NCBI GenBank assembly: GCA_041661265.1
Contig: JBAZUT010000001.1
Location: 129,854-193,853 of the forward strand
Origin: Minisyncoccota bacterium
GTDB lineage: Bacteria > Patescibacteriota > Minisyncoccia > JAHIHE01 > JAGLIN01
Direction of reading: 5' to 3'
DNA: 64,000 nucleotides
Shown here: in pieces, positions 48,129 through 58,500 of the stretch
How positions within the stretch are numbered: position 1 is the stretch's first letter
How the letters are laid out: each line of letters opens with the position of its first letter
Notes under the pieces: generated by a model
What the model was told of the DNA's origin: nothing
The model's database searches: none
The model's input: the letters and a program-made list of their open reading frames with translations, nothing else
Made by a program: the position numbers and the translations under genes

Positions 48129-50555
48129 CTATTTCGGCGTTTCAACCAAAAGCTCTGCACCATTTCCACTCTGTTCCCCTATGCCATTACTCTGAATATT
48201 CTCAAGAACTCCGCCTGGAACCTCTTCTTTCATTGGCAGGAGCTGTTTTTCTTCGGCGATCGGTTTTCCTTGTTTCAAGTTCGATAAAATTTTCTTGATG
48301 TCTTCATTGTCCGGATTCAGTTCGGATATCTTCTTGAATTGTTCGATCGCCAGATCCTTTTTGCCCTGTTCGTCGAATATCAATCCGAGTAAATATCGAG
48401 CATTGGAATATTTATCATTCAGAGCAACAGCTCTTTCAAGTTCAAATTGAGCCCTTGCTATCTCTTTTTTATCATAATAGATCGCTCCAAGCTGGTATGC
48501 CAGACCGCTGTCATAAGGTGCAATATTTTTTGTTTCTTCAAGTTTTTGAATCGCTTTATCAACCTCATTCTCGCGCATAAAGATCATGGCGATCTGGAAA
48601 TGCGCCGGCGCATAATTGCCATTAAGGGCAATGGATCTTTCAAGAGCTGACATCGCCTGGTCGAGTTTATCGCTCCAAACGCTATTAATGACCAATTTTT
48701 CCCCCTCCTTATTTTCTTTTTGAGAATCCAGAAGTTTAATTTTGTCGGCAGAAGTTAATAACGTCCTGGCTAAAGCAAACTCGAGCTCGAAATTCTTAGG
48801 GTCTCTTTTCAAAGCTTGTTTATAATTATTTTCCGCGAACAAGTCAGACCCATCAACAATAGGAATTATCTGCTCATAAACGTTGGCAAGATTCGCCCAG
48901 TTCAAAGAATCAGCAGGATTGATCACGGTCGCTTTCTGTGCAACTTGCACTGCAAGGGCTATATCATTTTGGATCCTCGCATTTAATATATCCGGCGCTG
49001 TCTTATCTTCCTTTGATGCTTCATTTTTTGCACCTAAAATTAGAGACTGGCTCGCGGTTCTAAGATATAGATCGGAGTCCGGATCAAGTTTGATCGCAAG
49101 GTCGAGATTTTTGAGCGCATCATCGATGCTGCTTGCTTCCAGTCCTTTTTGATAATAGACAGCTGCAGCATATTTCTGGCTCGAAACAAGAAGAATAGCC
49201 AAATTTCCGGTTATGCAAACAACTATTATGATAAAAATTATAAATGAAAAACTCTTTGATGTTCTTTCAAGAGAAATATAGCTATGTGTCCGGCTAAGCG
49301 TCGAAATCAACCCCAACCCGATAAATATGGCTAGCATCTGCACGAAAAATGAATTAAAGACAAACCATCCGGCTGCAAGAAATAAGATCCCGAGGGAAAT
49401 GGGAAACAGCTTGCCTTTTGTTCCGTTTCTTATAAGGAACACGGCCAGATATATTACCAAAAAAGCCAGCAGCGCAGCTCCAAGAATGCCAAAAGTTGAG
49501 ATAGCTGTGGAAAGAAAGCTGTATCCCTCAATAAACCTGACCGACCAGAAATCAGTGTTGTTGAGCTCTATTGGCCTGCTTGATGAAAAGGCATAGCCGA
49601 AAGTCGAAGGTCCGGAGCCTATCATTATGTTTTTTGCCGAAAAATTATATTTTACAACATCAAGAGTTGAGGAGAGATTCGGCTTGACCTGAACCGGAAG
49701 ATCGGCAAAAGGCGGAAGCGACACGCTAATCACGAAAAGAAGGAATGAGATGATCATCACGAGAAGGGGTATTTCCATTCTTCCGATTTTTTGACTGCTT
49801 GCCGTATGGGGTTCATGCGGATCTATTGATTCGGAAAATTTTCGGGCGACAACAAAAAGCATCGCGACTGAAATTGCTGCCCATAAAAATCTCTGATTTA
49901 AAATGATAAGATTCGAAAGGATCAAAAGACCTGTCATTGCCAAAACAATTTTTGGCACCATCGTTAATTTAAATTCGGACAATATGGCAATGATCAGAAC
50001 AAGCGCAAACGATATGAAAAAGCCAAAATCGAAAGTCATGCCCATTATGTTGAATCCGGCATTTTTTGCAAATTCAAACGGCAGATAAAAATATCCCCTC
50101 ATCTGAAGAAGGCTCAGGATCAAAACTGGAACAATGCCTGCAATGAATGCTATCCCTATGAAAACAAAATCTTTTTTCCTGAACAATGTCGATGAAATTA
50201 TAAAAGCGATAAAATAGACCAAAAAGCTCATCAGACTGTCCGATTGGTACAGGTTTCCGAAAAAACTTACGGTTTTCGCATCGGAAAAAGCGGCGCTTAT
50301 GCCGACCGAAACAAAAACAGCAAGAACTAAAATCGCAAAAATTGACCTTGGAAAGATGATCGTTTTCGTGGAAATTGCATTTAAAAGATAGAACGTAAAA
50401 GAAAAGATCACGAGAAAAAGCGCCATATATTGTTTGTTGATCTCAACCGGCAGAATAGTCAGTGGAAGAAAGAACAGGGGCGTAAGAAAAATTACAAACA
50501 GGAAAATAGTCCTGCTTATATTTGCTAATTTTCCATCTTGGAATTTTGAAACCAT
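48129..50555 (-). CDS. polytopic membrane protein (O-antigen ligase / Wzy-like, >12 TM) with C-terminal TPR repeats
   Basis: The 808-aa N-terminal two thirds are hydrophobic helices. The C-terminus has several TPR-like units, for example AIQKLEETKNIAPYDSGLAYQLGAIYYDKKEIARAQFELERAVALNDKYSNARYLLGLIF. Confidence 0.6.
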   Translation of the reverse strand: MVSKFQDGKLANISRTIFLFVIFLTPLFFLPLTILPVEINKQYMALFLVIFSFTFYLLNAISTKTIIFPRSIFAILVLAVFVSVGISAAFSDAKTVSFFGNLYQSDSLMSFLVYFIAFIISSTLFRKKDFVFIGIAFIAGIVPVLILSLLQMRGYFYLPFEFAKNAGFNIMGMTFDFGFFISFALVLIIAILSEFKLTMVPKIVLAMTGLLILSNLIILNQRFLWAAISVAMLFVVARKFSESIDPHEPHTASSQKIGRMEIPLLVMIISFLLFVISVSLPPFADLPVQVKPNLSSTLDVVKYNFSAKNIMIGSGPSTFGYAFSSSRPIELNNTDFWSVRFIEGYSFLSTAISTFGILGAALLAFLVIYLAVFLIRNGTKGKLFPISLGILFLAAGWFVFNSFFVQMLAIFIGLGLISTLSRTHSYISLERTSKSFSFIIFIIIVVCITGNLAILLVSSQKYAAAVYYQKGLEASSIDDALKNLDLAIKLDPDSDLYLRTASQSLILGAKNEASKEDKTAPDILNARIQNDIALAVQVAQKATVINPADSLNWANLANVYEQIIPIVDGSDLFAENNYKQALKRDPKNFELEFALARTLLTSADKIKLLDSQKENKEGEKLVINSVWSDKLDQAMSALERSIALNGNYAPAHFQIAMIFMRENEVDKAIQKLEETKNIAPYDSGLAYQLGAIYYDKKEIARAQFELERAVALNDKYSNARYLLGLIFDEQGKKDLAIEQFKKISELNPDNEDIKKILSNLKQGKPIAEEKQLLPMKEEVPGGVLENIQSNGIGEQSGNGAELLVETPK

Positions 50556-50599
50556 TTCTTTCTGTTTATGTTGATTATGAATAATTAGTTATCGAATAA

Positions 50600-50757
50600 T
50601 AATTATTATTCAAGTGAGCGGTCGTTCGGTTGTTGTTTTTAGAACAAGCGATAACGCATTATTATGGTTCGAGCAAGGGTACTCCCGCGTCGAGAATCTT
50701 TGCGGTATTTGTTTTGAAGCTTCTCGACTCATGAGTACATTCGCTCGAAGAATAAAC
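50600..50757. repeat. imperfect repeat, left flank of GIY-YIG gene
   Basis: gttcgagcaagggtactcccgcgtcgagaatctttgcgg ... ttcgctcgaagaataaacttact matches 51049-51128 (gttcgagtgagcgataatccgcaagtcgagaactcttgc ... gatcgcttgaagaataaacgttact). Confidence 0.5.
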
Positions 50758-51027
50758 TTACTCCCACTTTCCCCAGCGTCCTTCGATAAGTTTTAGCTTC
50801 TTCTTTCGGCTCCAATCTTTTACTTGTATTTCTTTTTTTCTTGCCATCTCGAGATTTTCATATTCTTCCAGATAAACTATTTTCTTTGGCTTATGTTTTG
50901 ACGTAAATTTAGATCCTGATCCTGAAATGTGCTGAGTCCATCTTTGATCTGGCTTCCACGTCATTCCAGTATAATACAAACCATCTTCACATTCTATAAT
51001 ATATACGTACCATTTCCATTTTTGCAT
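50758..51027 (-). CDS. GIY-YIG nuclease-domain protein (YhbQ/Slx1-like small stand-alone)
   Basis: WYVYIIECEDGLYYTGMTWKPDQRWTQH contains the GIY...YTG motif. 89 aa. Confidence 0.7.
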   Translation of the reverse strand: MQKWKWYVYIIECEDGLYYTGMTWKPDQRWTQHISGSGSKFTSKHKPKKIVYLEEYENLEMARKKEIQVKDWSRKKKLKLIEGRWGKWE

Positions 51028-51034
51028 AACATTT

Positions 51035-51140
51035 ACAAAACTTTTTATTGTTCGAGTGAGCGATAATCCGCAAGTCGAGAACTCTTGCTATCGTCGAGAC
51101 GGAAACCGGCAGATCGCTTGAAGAATAAACGTTACTTATA
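51035..51140. repeat. imperfect repeat, right flank of GIY-YIG gene
   Basis: See 50600-50757. Confidence 0.5.
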
Positions 51141-51166
51141 ATTTTAACTTTTATTGGAAAAACTGT

Positions 51167-54100
51167 CTAATTATTTTCAAAATATGAAGACGCGTCCGAA
51201 TTGGTATTGTCAACGTCGATTATTTGATCGTTTGGATCCGCAATATTTGATTGGCTCTCAGTCTCATTTTTATTCAGCAATTCCTGCAACTGCGACTTAT
51301 CGACACAGACATCATCGACACATAACTTTTTCGTGGTAATCTTTCCGAATGTCCATTCCCCTGCCGTTGCAATAGTGCCGCTCAAAGACGTCAATGCATC
51401 TTTCACGGCACTTGCCACCAAATCTTTGAAACTCTGGTTCTGCCCGAGCGAGACGATAATTGCTTCGCCGCTAGAATCGATAATATTTCCACTTGGATTA
51501 ACTGCGAGCTTTAATTCTTCGATTTGTTTTTTCTGTTCCTTAATGGCATTTATCATAATAAAGGTCAAAGCATGAGAATTAAAATTAAACAATTCTGTTT
51601 CTTGTGCATCGTCCGAATGCAGTTTAGTCATATAACTACTGACCGTATATGGCGCAACATCTTTTATTTCCTGCGCCAAAACTCCGATATTTTCTTTTCC
51701 ATCTGCCGTAAAACCCGCTAATCCATTGTATTTATACCAAATAGGATTTATTTTTTCAATCACAGAAAGACCATCGCTAAAAGGCGTTATGTCTTTTTTT
51801 ATCCGCTCATCCGAAGCAATTGTCCATGTGTTCGTCGAAGGTTTGGCTGCCGAATCGGTAGAAAGCTGAAATTGATATGTCGGCGTCAAGCCGATACCAA
51901 CATATCCTGCATCAGTAATTCTCATTCTTTCTGATCGTGTCGTCCCCCCAGCCGCAGTTGTGGCAAACAGCATATAAGTTCCTTGTGCGGAATCAGTCCA
52001 GTTCTCCGCCGCTTTCATCATAATTACCGCTTTACTCCAGGCAGAAAATCCGGTAGCGCCATAACCTTTTGCCCCAAATACGCCTAAAAGATCATCAAGC
52101 TGACTCGCTGTCGGAGAAGCTTGTGTGCCGCGTGCCGAAGCACCATAAAATGACCCGGCAAAAGTTGCACCATAAGTAGTAGTATTTACAATCGCATTAT
52201 CTCCATCTTTTTGTATATCAAGACTATAAGCTGGCGTCGTAGTTCCGATGCCGACATTGCCTGCATTATCAATTCGCATTCTTTCGTTAGTTGCAGCAAG
52301 CCCGCCAGTAAAAAACTTAACAACGCCAGCAGTATTCCTCGATCCTAAGACAAGTCCTCCCGAATCTAAACTATCAATATAACTAGTATTCGCTGTCAAA
52401 ATGCCATTAGTTGTAAAAGAAGTATTTAAATGAAAAATATCTAACGCTTTATTACTATCATCTTCCGTCAAACGAAAAGTTTCATAAGCAGCAGTTCCTG
52501 CTGTCGCGTTTCTAACAGTCAAATAAGTGCCGGAGTTTTGATCCTTTTGCATATATAGAAGTGATGCTGGGTTTATGACCCCAATCCCCACATTCCCCCC
52601 TGCAAAGATTGCGGCATAATTATTTGTTCCACCGGTCGGAGTATCAACATACAATCCATAATTATTGGCGCTGGCGCCATTCCATGTTCCAGTGGAGGAA
52701 ATATAGGCGCCATATTTATTGATGGAGGCAGTGGAGGAAGTGGCTGTGTTGGCAAGATAAGCGCCATAATAGGCGGCGGTTTGAGCGCCAGAAGCGGAAA
52801 TGGATAATTTTTTATTCGTTGGGGCAGTATCGCCGATGCCGACATTGCCTGAATTATCAATTCGCATTTTTTCCGCATTGCCGCCAGTTGAAATTTTTAT
52901 AATACCGCTTGCATTATTAGCCATCAAATTCAAACCGGCTGCAGTTGAATATAAATAAGCATCGCTGGCCGCGATCGCTCCGAATGCTGTGGTTGATGCG
53001 GAATAAATGCCGATTTGATTTTGCAAACCCGTATCGTTTGATACTCTTATATTTGCAGAAGCCGCCGCGCCAGCCGTAGTATTTTCAACAAGAATTTTTG
53101 TAGAGGCGTTTTGATTTTTAATAATATGCAATATTTCAGTTGGCGCTGTTATTCCAATTCCAACCTTATCGCTAAAATACGCCGCAGCATTAACGCTGCT
53201 TCCGCCTGTTGGCGCGTCAACATATAAACCATACGCATTTGTACTTGTAGACGCGCTGGTTGCTATCTTTAATCCGTAAAGATTTGTCAGTGTTCCGCTA
53301 TTACCCTTTCCCGGAGGAGTAACAAGAATAGTAGCGGCGTCCGCAATATTTTCCGTACTGCTTCCGGCAGTCGGCGCAAGATTTAAGCCATACACGCTGC
53401 TGCCCGAACCTGGAGTAAGAACAGAAACTAAGCGCATGCCTACAGCATTTCCTGCAGAAGAGAAATTTGTAGATACGTTAAACAATGTAGTACTATAAAC
53501 TGACCCAAACGAAATTTGCCCCGATGCCACGTTTAATGCCGCATCCGGAGTCGCCGTTCCGATTCCAACATTTCCTCCGGCAAAAACTGCAGCGTAATTA
53601 TTTGTTCCGCCGGTCGGGGTATCAACATACAATCCATAATTATTGGCGCTGGCGCCATTCCATGTACCGGTGGAGGAAATATAGGCGCCATATTTGTTGA
53701 TGGAAGCGGTGGAAGAAGTGGCTGTGTTATTAAGATTGATTCCATAACTGGCTACTGTTGTCGCACCAGTCGGCTCAACATCTAACCAACCATCAGGCGT
53801 AATATCATTTATACCAACATATCCTGATCCGCGAATAGTCAGTAAATTTACTCCACCGACACGAAAATTAAAATGACGCGATGCGCCTTCTGCTGCGCCA
53901 AAACCAAAATTCATCACAGGATCAGTTCCATTTATAGATAGCGTAGAAACATTAACTATACCGGCACTAGAACTATTTGTAATGTCTATCAAACTAACCT
54001 GTGGATTAACTGATGATAACTGCAAAAGAGATGTCGGCGTCGCCGTCCCGATTCCGACGTTGCCATTCTCCACAATCAATCCATAATTATTCGTGGCTCC

Positions 54101-55768
54101 GGATGCCGAGAAATATCCACCGACGTTGGTTGTGCCAGCTCCGGTATTGACGGCGTATAATCCGTAATCGATTCCGACGGTAGCCCCTGACTGAGAAATA
54201 TTAAGAGCCTTATTTAAATCGGTAGTAGAAGATGAAGCGACCGAGAAAGCATTGCCAGTGCCTGTATAGGTTTGGGTAAAAGTTCCAGTTCCGGAAGCAA
54301 GAGAAAAATTAGAATTATTTTGCACAGTCACCGCACCATTGGAAGTCAGGCCGGAAGTGGCAGTAATGAGTCCGGAAATAGTTGGGACAGCAGTCCAAGC
54401 CGTGCCAGTAACAGTTAAGTTGCCGCCAAGAGTGGTAAGTCCGGTGCCGACGGTAAAAGTATTCGTACCCGTAACGGAAGTGGCGCCGTTCAAAGATACA
54501 GCGCCGGTACCGGTGCCGAAAGTACCGGTACCAGATATAGAAAAATTTCCTGTCGCTTGAGTATAACCGGCAATCGCTGCAATTTGACCGGAAGAATTAA
54601 CTTGAAATTGAGAAGTGGTCCCAACTGTAAATTGAGAATCCGGCACAGCATCGCCGATACCAACATTGCCATTAGCTAAAATCGTAAATGGATATTCAAA
54701 TGATCCTATAGCACCCGTTCCGACGTTTTTATGCATCACCTGCCAGCTACCGCTATTGTCTGCAGTTGTGGTCATAGAGTTTGTCCAGGAATCATTCAAA
54801 TCATTTCGTCTATACCATGTTAAATCACTGGCTTTAAAATAAGCATTTGCGGAAACATCAACATAGCCGTTTCCTCCCAGATTTAAAGACAGCATATCTA
54901 AAGATCCCTGAGACGTTCCAATGATAGCGTTCGTTTGCGCTGCTGTTCCGTAAACATGCAATTTTTCGCTTGGCGAAGCCGTGCCAATCCCCGCCCGACC
55001 ATTCAAAGCATCAATAGTTAAAGTATCCGAATCAACATTCAATGCATTGGCAACATTGGCAAGCGTCCAAGTTGAAGCGGAAGCAGCCGATAAATTTAGC
55101 GCGCCACTAGATGCAATGCTGGGAATTCCAGTCATTGCGCCGGCAGTAGAAATATCCCAACTTGAAGAATCAATCGCCACCGTGGCAGAATTATTTCCAA
55201 CAGTAGTGAGTCCGGTTGAAGAAAAGGTCGTGAACGCACCGCCGGCCGGAGTTCCGGACCCGATTGCGTCCGGCGCCGCCCATGTTTTTCCACCAAGCTG
55301 TTTCGCTTCAAAAGCCGCCGGCACCGCGCCAAGCGCTTTGCGAGGAGTCAACGTCTCCCATGAAGGCGTCGCTGCCGAACCCCCGACTTGCACTTCCAGA
55401 TATAAAGTCTGGTTGAAATTAACACTCGCTAAACTGGAAACGCCGCCTGCCAAAACACTGAATAACCCATTTGATACTGAAACTCTCTGATCAGTTCCCG
55501 TTCCATCACAAGTTGTTCCGGAATCCGGACTATAGCAAAGCGTTTCAATCCAAATCGGATCAGTGCCTCCGGCGCAATTCGATGCCGTGCAAAGTCGGAA
55601 TCTGATGTTGTATGATCCATTCGGAACACTGACGCCGCTTGTATTCGTCAGCTTTCCCTGATAATTGATTTTCTCGTTAAATGCTGCACGGACAACGTCA
55701 AAACAACCGAAAATCAAAACGGCTGCTAGCAAAACTAGAATAAATTTTCTATCGATACAGCTCTCCAT
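51167..55768 (-). CDS. 1533-aa secreted beta-rich repeat protein with C-terminal intramolecular-chaperone auto-processing domain (peptidase S74; phage tail-fibre / endosialidase-type)
   Basis: Signal peptide ILVLLAAVLIFGCFDVVRA. Internal near-identical 40-aa repeats (ASINKYGAYISSTGTWNGASANNYGLYVDTPTGGTNNYAA, twice). The C-terminal segment NTWTIASDERIKKDITPF...IGVLAQEIKDVAPYTV...ALTFIMINAIKEQ matches the S74 chaperone domain, including the SDxR(I/L)K auto-cleavage motif. Confidence 0.8.
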   Translation of the reverse strand: MESCIDRKFILVLLAAVLIFGCFDVVRAAFNEKINYQGKLTNTSGVSVPNGSYNIRFRLCTASNCAGGTDPIWIETLCYSPDSGTTCDGTGTDQRVSVSNGLFSVLAGGVSSLASVNFNQTLYLEVQVGGSAATPSWETLTPRKALGAVPAAFEAKQLGGKTWAAPDAIGSGTPAGGAFTTFSSTGLTTVGNNSATVAIDSSSWDISTAGAMTGIPSIASSGALNLSAASASTWTLANVANALNVDSDTLTIDALNGRAGIGTASPSEKLHVYGTAAQTNAIIGTSQGSLDMLSLNLGGNGYVDVSANAYFKASDLTWYRRNDLNDSWTNSMTTTADNSGSWQVMHKNVGTGAIGSFEYPFTILANGNVGIGDAVPDSQFTVGTTSQFQVNSSGQIAAIAGYTQATGNFSISGTGTFGTGTGAVSLNGATSVTGTNTFTVGTGLTTLGGNLTVTGTAWTAVPTISGLITATSGLTSNGAVTVQNNSNFSLASGTGTFTQTYTGTGNAFSVASSSTTDLNKALNISQSGATVGIDYGLYAVNTGAGTTNVGGYFSASGATNNYGLIVENGNVGIGTATPTSLLQLSSVNPQVSLIDITNSSSAGIVNVSTLSINGTDPVMNFGFGAAEGASRHFNFRVGGVNLLTIRGSGYVGINDITPDGWLDVEPTGATTVASYGINLNNTATSSTASINKYGAYISSTGTWNGASANNYGLYVDTPTGGTNNYAAVFAGGNVGIGTATPDAALNVASGQISFGSVYSTTLFNVSTNFSSAGNAVGMRLVSVLTPGSGSSVYGLNLAPTAGSSTENIADAATILVTPPGKGNSGTLTNLYGLKIATSASTSTNAYGLYVDAPTGGSSVNAAAYFSDKVGIGITAPTEILHIIKNQNASTKILVENTTAGAAASANIRVSNDTGLQNQIGIYSASTTAFGAIAASDAYLYSTAAGLNLMANNASGIIKISTGGNAEKMRIDNSGNVGIGDTAPTNKKLSISASGAQTAAYYGAYLANTATSSTASINKYGAYISSTGTWNGASANNYGLYVDTPTGGTNNYAAIFAGGNVGIGVINPASLLYMQKDQNSGTYLTVRNATAGTAAYETFRLTEDDSNKALDIFHLNTSFTTNGILTANTSYIDSLDSGGLVLGSRNTAGVVKFFTGGLAATNERMRIDNAGNVGIGTTTPAYSLDIQKDGDNAIVNTTTYGATFAGSFYGASARGTQASPTASQLDDLLGVFGAKGYGATGFSAWSKAVIMMKAAENWTDSAQGTYMLFATTAAGGTTRSERMRITDAGYVGIGLTPTYQFQLSTDSAAKPSTNTWTIASDERIKKDITPFSDGLSVIEKINPIWYKYNGLAGFTADGKENIGVLAQEIKDVAPYTVSSYMTKLHSDDAQETELFNFNSHALTFIMINAIKEQKKQIEELKLAVNPSGNIIDSSGEAIIVSLGQNQSFKDLVASAVKDALTSLSGTIATAGEWTFGKITTKKLCVDDVCVDKSQLQELLNKNETESQSNIADPNDQIIDVDNTNSDASSYFENN

Positions 55769-55983
55769 TTTTTTCTTTTAAGAGCTCTACCAATTCTGGA
55801 CTATATTCTCTTATTTGCCTTAATTATACAACAAAAACAACAGTTTGTGAAACTGTTTTAGCATTCTGACCAAGTTTATTGATAAAGCTGGAAAATTCTT
55901 ATTGAAGCCAAAACTAGCCTTGTTGCCTTGAACAACTTGAAAGAATTATAACAATGCCGTCATTGCATGACCATTTTTTAATC

Positions 55984-57336
55984 TCATACTACCCCACCGT
56001 CCATTTTATTTTTTTGTTTCTTTCGATCGCGCGGCAGTCGCTTTATGATCTTGTATAATATAATTATCAATATAAAAATGATAAGCGGGAAAATGTAGTT
56101 TGTTGGAGAAAAGCGGCTTTCCGGAGGTTTTGTTGTGATCGTTGGCGACAGGCTGCCATTTAGCGCCTTTATTATCCTATTCTCTTTGTCCAATAGAACT
56201 ATGGTTATGTCAAACGAACCTTCTTCTGAAAGCTTGATCGATGCAGAATACCCCCCTCCTTGTTCGTCTTTTTTCATCAAATATGAATATTCCTCATTCT
56301 CTCGAGTCAGGATTATCATGATCGAGCCAATCTCTTTTGGGATATTTGTCGAGTCAACAACAACAACGATCTCTTTCCCCTGATCGATCTCTATCCTTCC
56401 TCCTTCAAGCTTTATCGTTGAGCCGTCTTGAATAAAATTAAAATCATCGATCGTTATTTTTTCGATGTCCGGAAGTGTTTCTGGAGGCAAAAGAGGTTCT
56501 CCCGGAGGGAACTCAGGCCGTATTTCAGGCGGTATTTCAGGAGGACCTTCTGGTTTTTCGGGAAGAAGCTCCGGCTTTTCCGCAGCGGGTTTGTCGGGAA
56601 TCGCAGATGCAACCGCCCCTGAAGATATATCGTTGAATTCATCAAAAGAAAAAACAGTATAATAATATCTTGTTCCATTGATGAGATCCTCATCGACAAA
56701 AGATCTTTCTTTTCCTGAATATATTTCAAGACCCTCGCTTGTGTTTTTTGGATAAAATATTTCGCTTCTCTGGATAACGAGCTTGTCAAAATCCTGTCCG
56801 AAAGGATTATTCCAGGAAAGCGCTATTTTGGAATCCCCCGCAATTGCTTTAAGACCGCTTACATTTTCGGGAGATATTTTTTCAGAAAGCGTCTTGAAGC
56901 TATATCCGTCCTTTATTCCCTGGTTTCCGGCACTATCGGTTGATCTGATCTGGAAGTAATAAACGGTATTTCCCCCAAGATCTCGGATCTCGATCCTGTG
57001 CGATGAAACCAGGCTCTCCGCGTGATCCTCAAGAACGCCGATTTCATATGACAATGTTTTTCCATAATACAAATATGCCGAAGAGTTCTCGTTTGTTCTC
57101 CATCTTATATCCGCCCCGGTGAACGATATATCATCAATTTCAACTGCAAATATTTGAGGAGGATCTGAATCAATAATGGGGGCACCGCCTCCGGGATTTG
57201 CAACCTCTCCGGAAGGAACACTTGCCGAAATATTAACCCGATCCTCTTGGGCATCTGATATTTTTACTGCGAATGAACCGGGCAATAAGACTATTATAAA
57301 TATTTTTACCAGTAATTTGATCGATTTATTCCGCAT
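55984..57336 (-). CDS. membrane-anchored surface protein: signal peptide, FN3-like domains, Pro/Glu-rich linker, C-terminal TM anchor
   Basis: FN3-like PPQIFAVEIDDISFTGADIRWRTNENSSAYLYYG...TVYYFQIRSTDSAGNQG. Linker PEKPEGPPEIPPEIRPEFPPGEPLLPPETLP. C-terminal FPLIIFILIIILYKIIKRLPRDRKKQ. Confidence 0.7.
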   Translation of the reverse strand: MRNKSIKLLVKIFIIVLLPGSFAVKISDAQEDRVNISASVPSGEVANPGGGAPIIDSDPPQIFAVEIDDISFTGADIRWRTNENSSAYLYYGKTLSYEIGVLEDHAESLVSSHRIEIRDLGGNTVYYFQIRSTDSAGNQGIKDGYSFKTLSEKISPENVSGLKAIAGDSKIALSWNNPFGQDFDKLVIQRSEIFYPKNTSEGLEIYSGKERSFVDEDLINGTRYYYTVFSFDEFNDISSGAVASAIPDKPAAEKPELLPEKPEGPPEIPPEIRPEFPPGEPLLPPETLPDIEKITIDDFNFIQDGSTIKLEGGRIEIDQGKEIVVVVDSTNIPKEIGSIMIILTRENEEYSYLMKKDEQGGGYSASIKLSEEGSFDITIVLLDKENRIIKALNGSLSPTITTKPPESRFSPTNYIFPLIIFILIIILYKIIKRLPRDRKKQKNKMDGGVV

Positions 57337-57483
57337 TGAGATTTATTAATGTTTTGTTTGGAAATACTGCTCGGCGCCTTCATTAAAAAAGAAATCCCGA
57401 ATTAAGCTTCCTGGAAACAAATTATGGTATTTTTATTGAGATTTGCGTTCATCAATTTGCCGGGGGCAAATATTTTAACGTCA

Positions 57484-58500
57484 TCATTGCGCAAGCTGAA
57501 CGTGTTTCTTGATGATCCATCTATTGTATTTTTTGATCAAAGTTGCTGAAGAGATCAGGATAATTATTATAAAAAGCGCCGAAAACAAGATCGCCTTCCA
57601 TGGAAAAACCCAAAAAACAAGCTCTTTTGAAAGAAACTTTCCGTTTCCGTTTCCATAGACTACATCCAATCGAGCCGTATATTTTCCAAAAGCAAAATTT
57701 CCAAAGTCATATTTAACTTCTTCAATGAATTTATTTACGGGATCTGACGAATATTTCAGATCATCCCCCCATTGTGACTCAATTTTTCTTATGTTCTGAG
57801 GAAGTATCCTGTTGTTCTTTGAATTGGCATCAAGAAGCACTGTCCTTTTTCCGAAAATGTTTTTTATTTCTATGTTCCCTTTCGGCCTGATGTGCACATT
57901 TCCTTGATTGTTCATCCTATAGACAAATTTAACAGGAAGACTGCTTAGCAACATGCTGCCATACTCCAAGTTGAAATTGTCAATCGAGGCGCTTTCTTTC
58001 ACATCGCCCGATACTTGAAGGAGAATGAGAGAGTTTATTTGCGATTGAATGCCGACGCCTGATTCTTTGTTTTCGTCAGCCTCCGTTACTCCCGTACTGA
58101 AATAGATCGAAGCATAATGACCTCCGGGATCCGCATCCGAAGGAATGTTAATCGTAAATATGAATTTTTTCGCGCTCTTGGGGCGAACTGCGATCTTGTC
58201 TTCGTTATATCTAATCCATCCCGCAAGATCGATATTCTTATCAGCTTCCACCGGAATAAATTTTTGATATCCCTCTTCTCCGGTCATTTCAAAATTCATC
58301 ACCCCGACAGAATATGTCCTTTCTTTGTCTGTTTCATTGTCAATGATAATCGATCTCTCTATGGCGACCCCGGGATCCACTGCAACGTCAATAACCGGAG
58401 GGGAAATCGAAACTGCGCTCGCTTCATGCTCCGCATTCAAAAGAATCGCGAAAAACAACGAGCTGCCTAAAATTATTTTCTTTATTTTGTTGAATATCAT
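57484..58500 (-). CDS. DUF916/DUF3324-like cell-surface protein (PapD-like fold family associated with WxL surface clusters), C-terminal TM anchor
   Basis: Signal peptide. SISPPVIDVAVDPGVAIERSIIIDNETDKERTYSVGV...PGGHYASIYFS. C-terminal TM WKAILFSALFIIIILISSATLIKKYNRW. Confidence 0.55.
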   Translation of the reverse strand: MIFNKIKKIILGSSLFFAILLNAEHEASAVSISPPVIDVAVDPGVAIERSIIIDNETDKERTYSVGVMNFEMTGEEGYQKFIPVEADKNIDLAGWIRYNEDKIAVRPKSAKKFIFTINIPSDADPGGHYASIYFSTGVTEADENKESGVGIQSQINSLILLQVSGDVKESASIDNFNLEYGSMLLSSLPVKFVYRMNNQGNVHIRPKGNIEIKNIFGKRTVLLDANSKNNRILPQNIRKIESQWGDDLKYSSDPVNKFIEEVKYDFGNFAFGKYTARLDVVYGNGNGKFLSKELVFWVFPWKAILFSALFIIIILISSATLIKKYNRWIIKKHVQLAQ

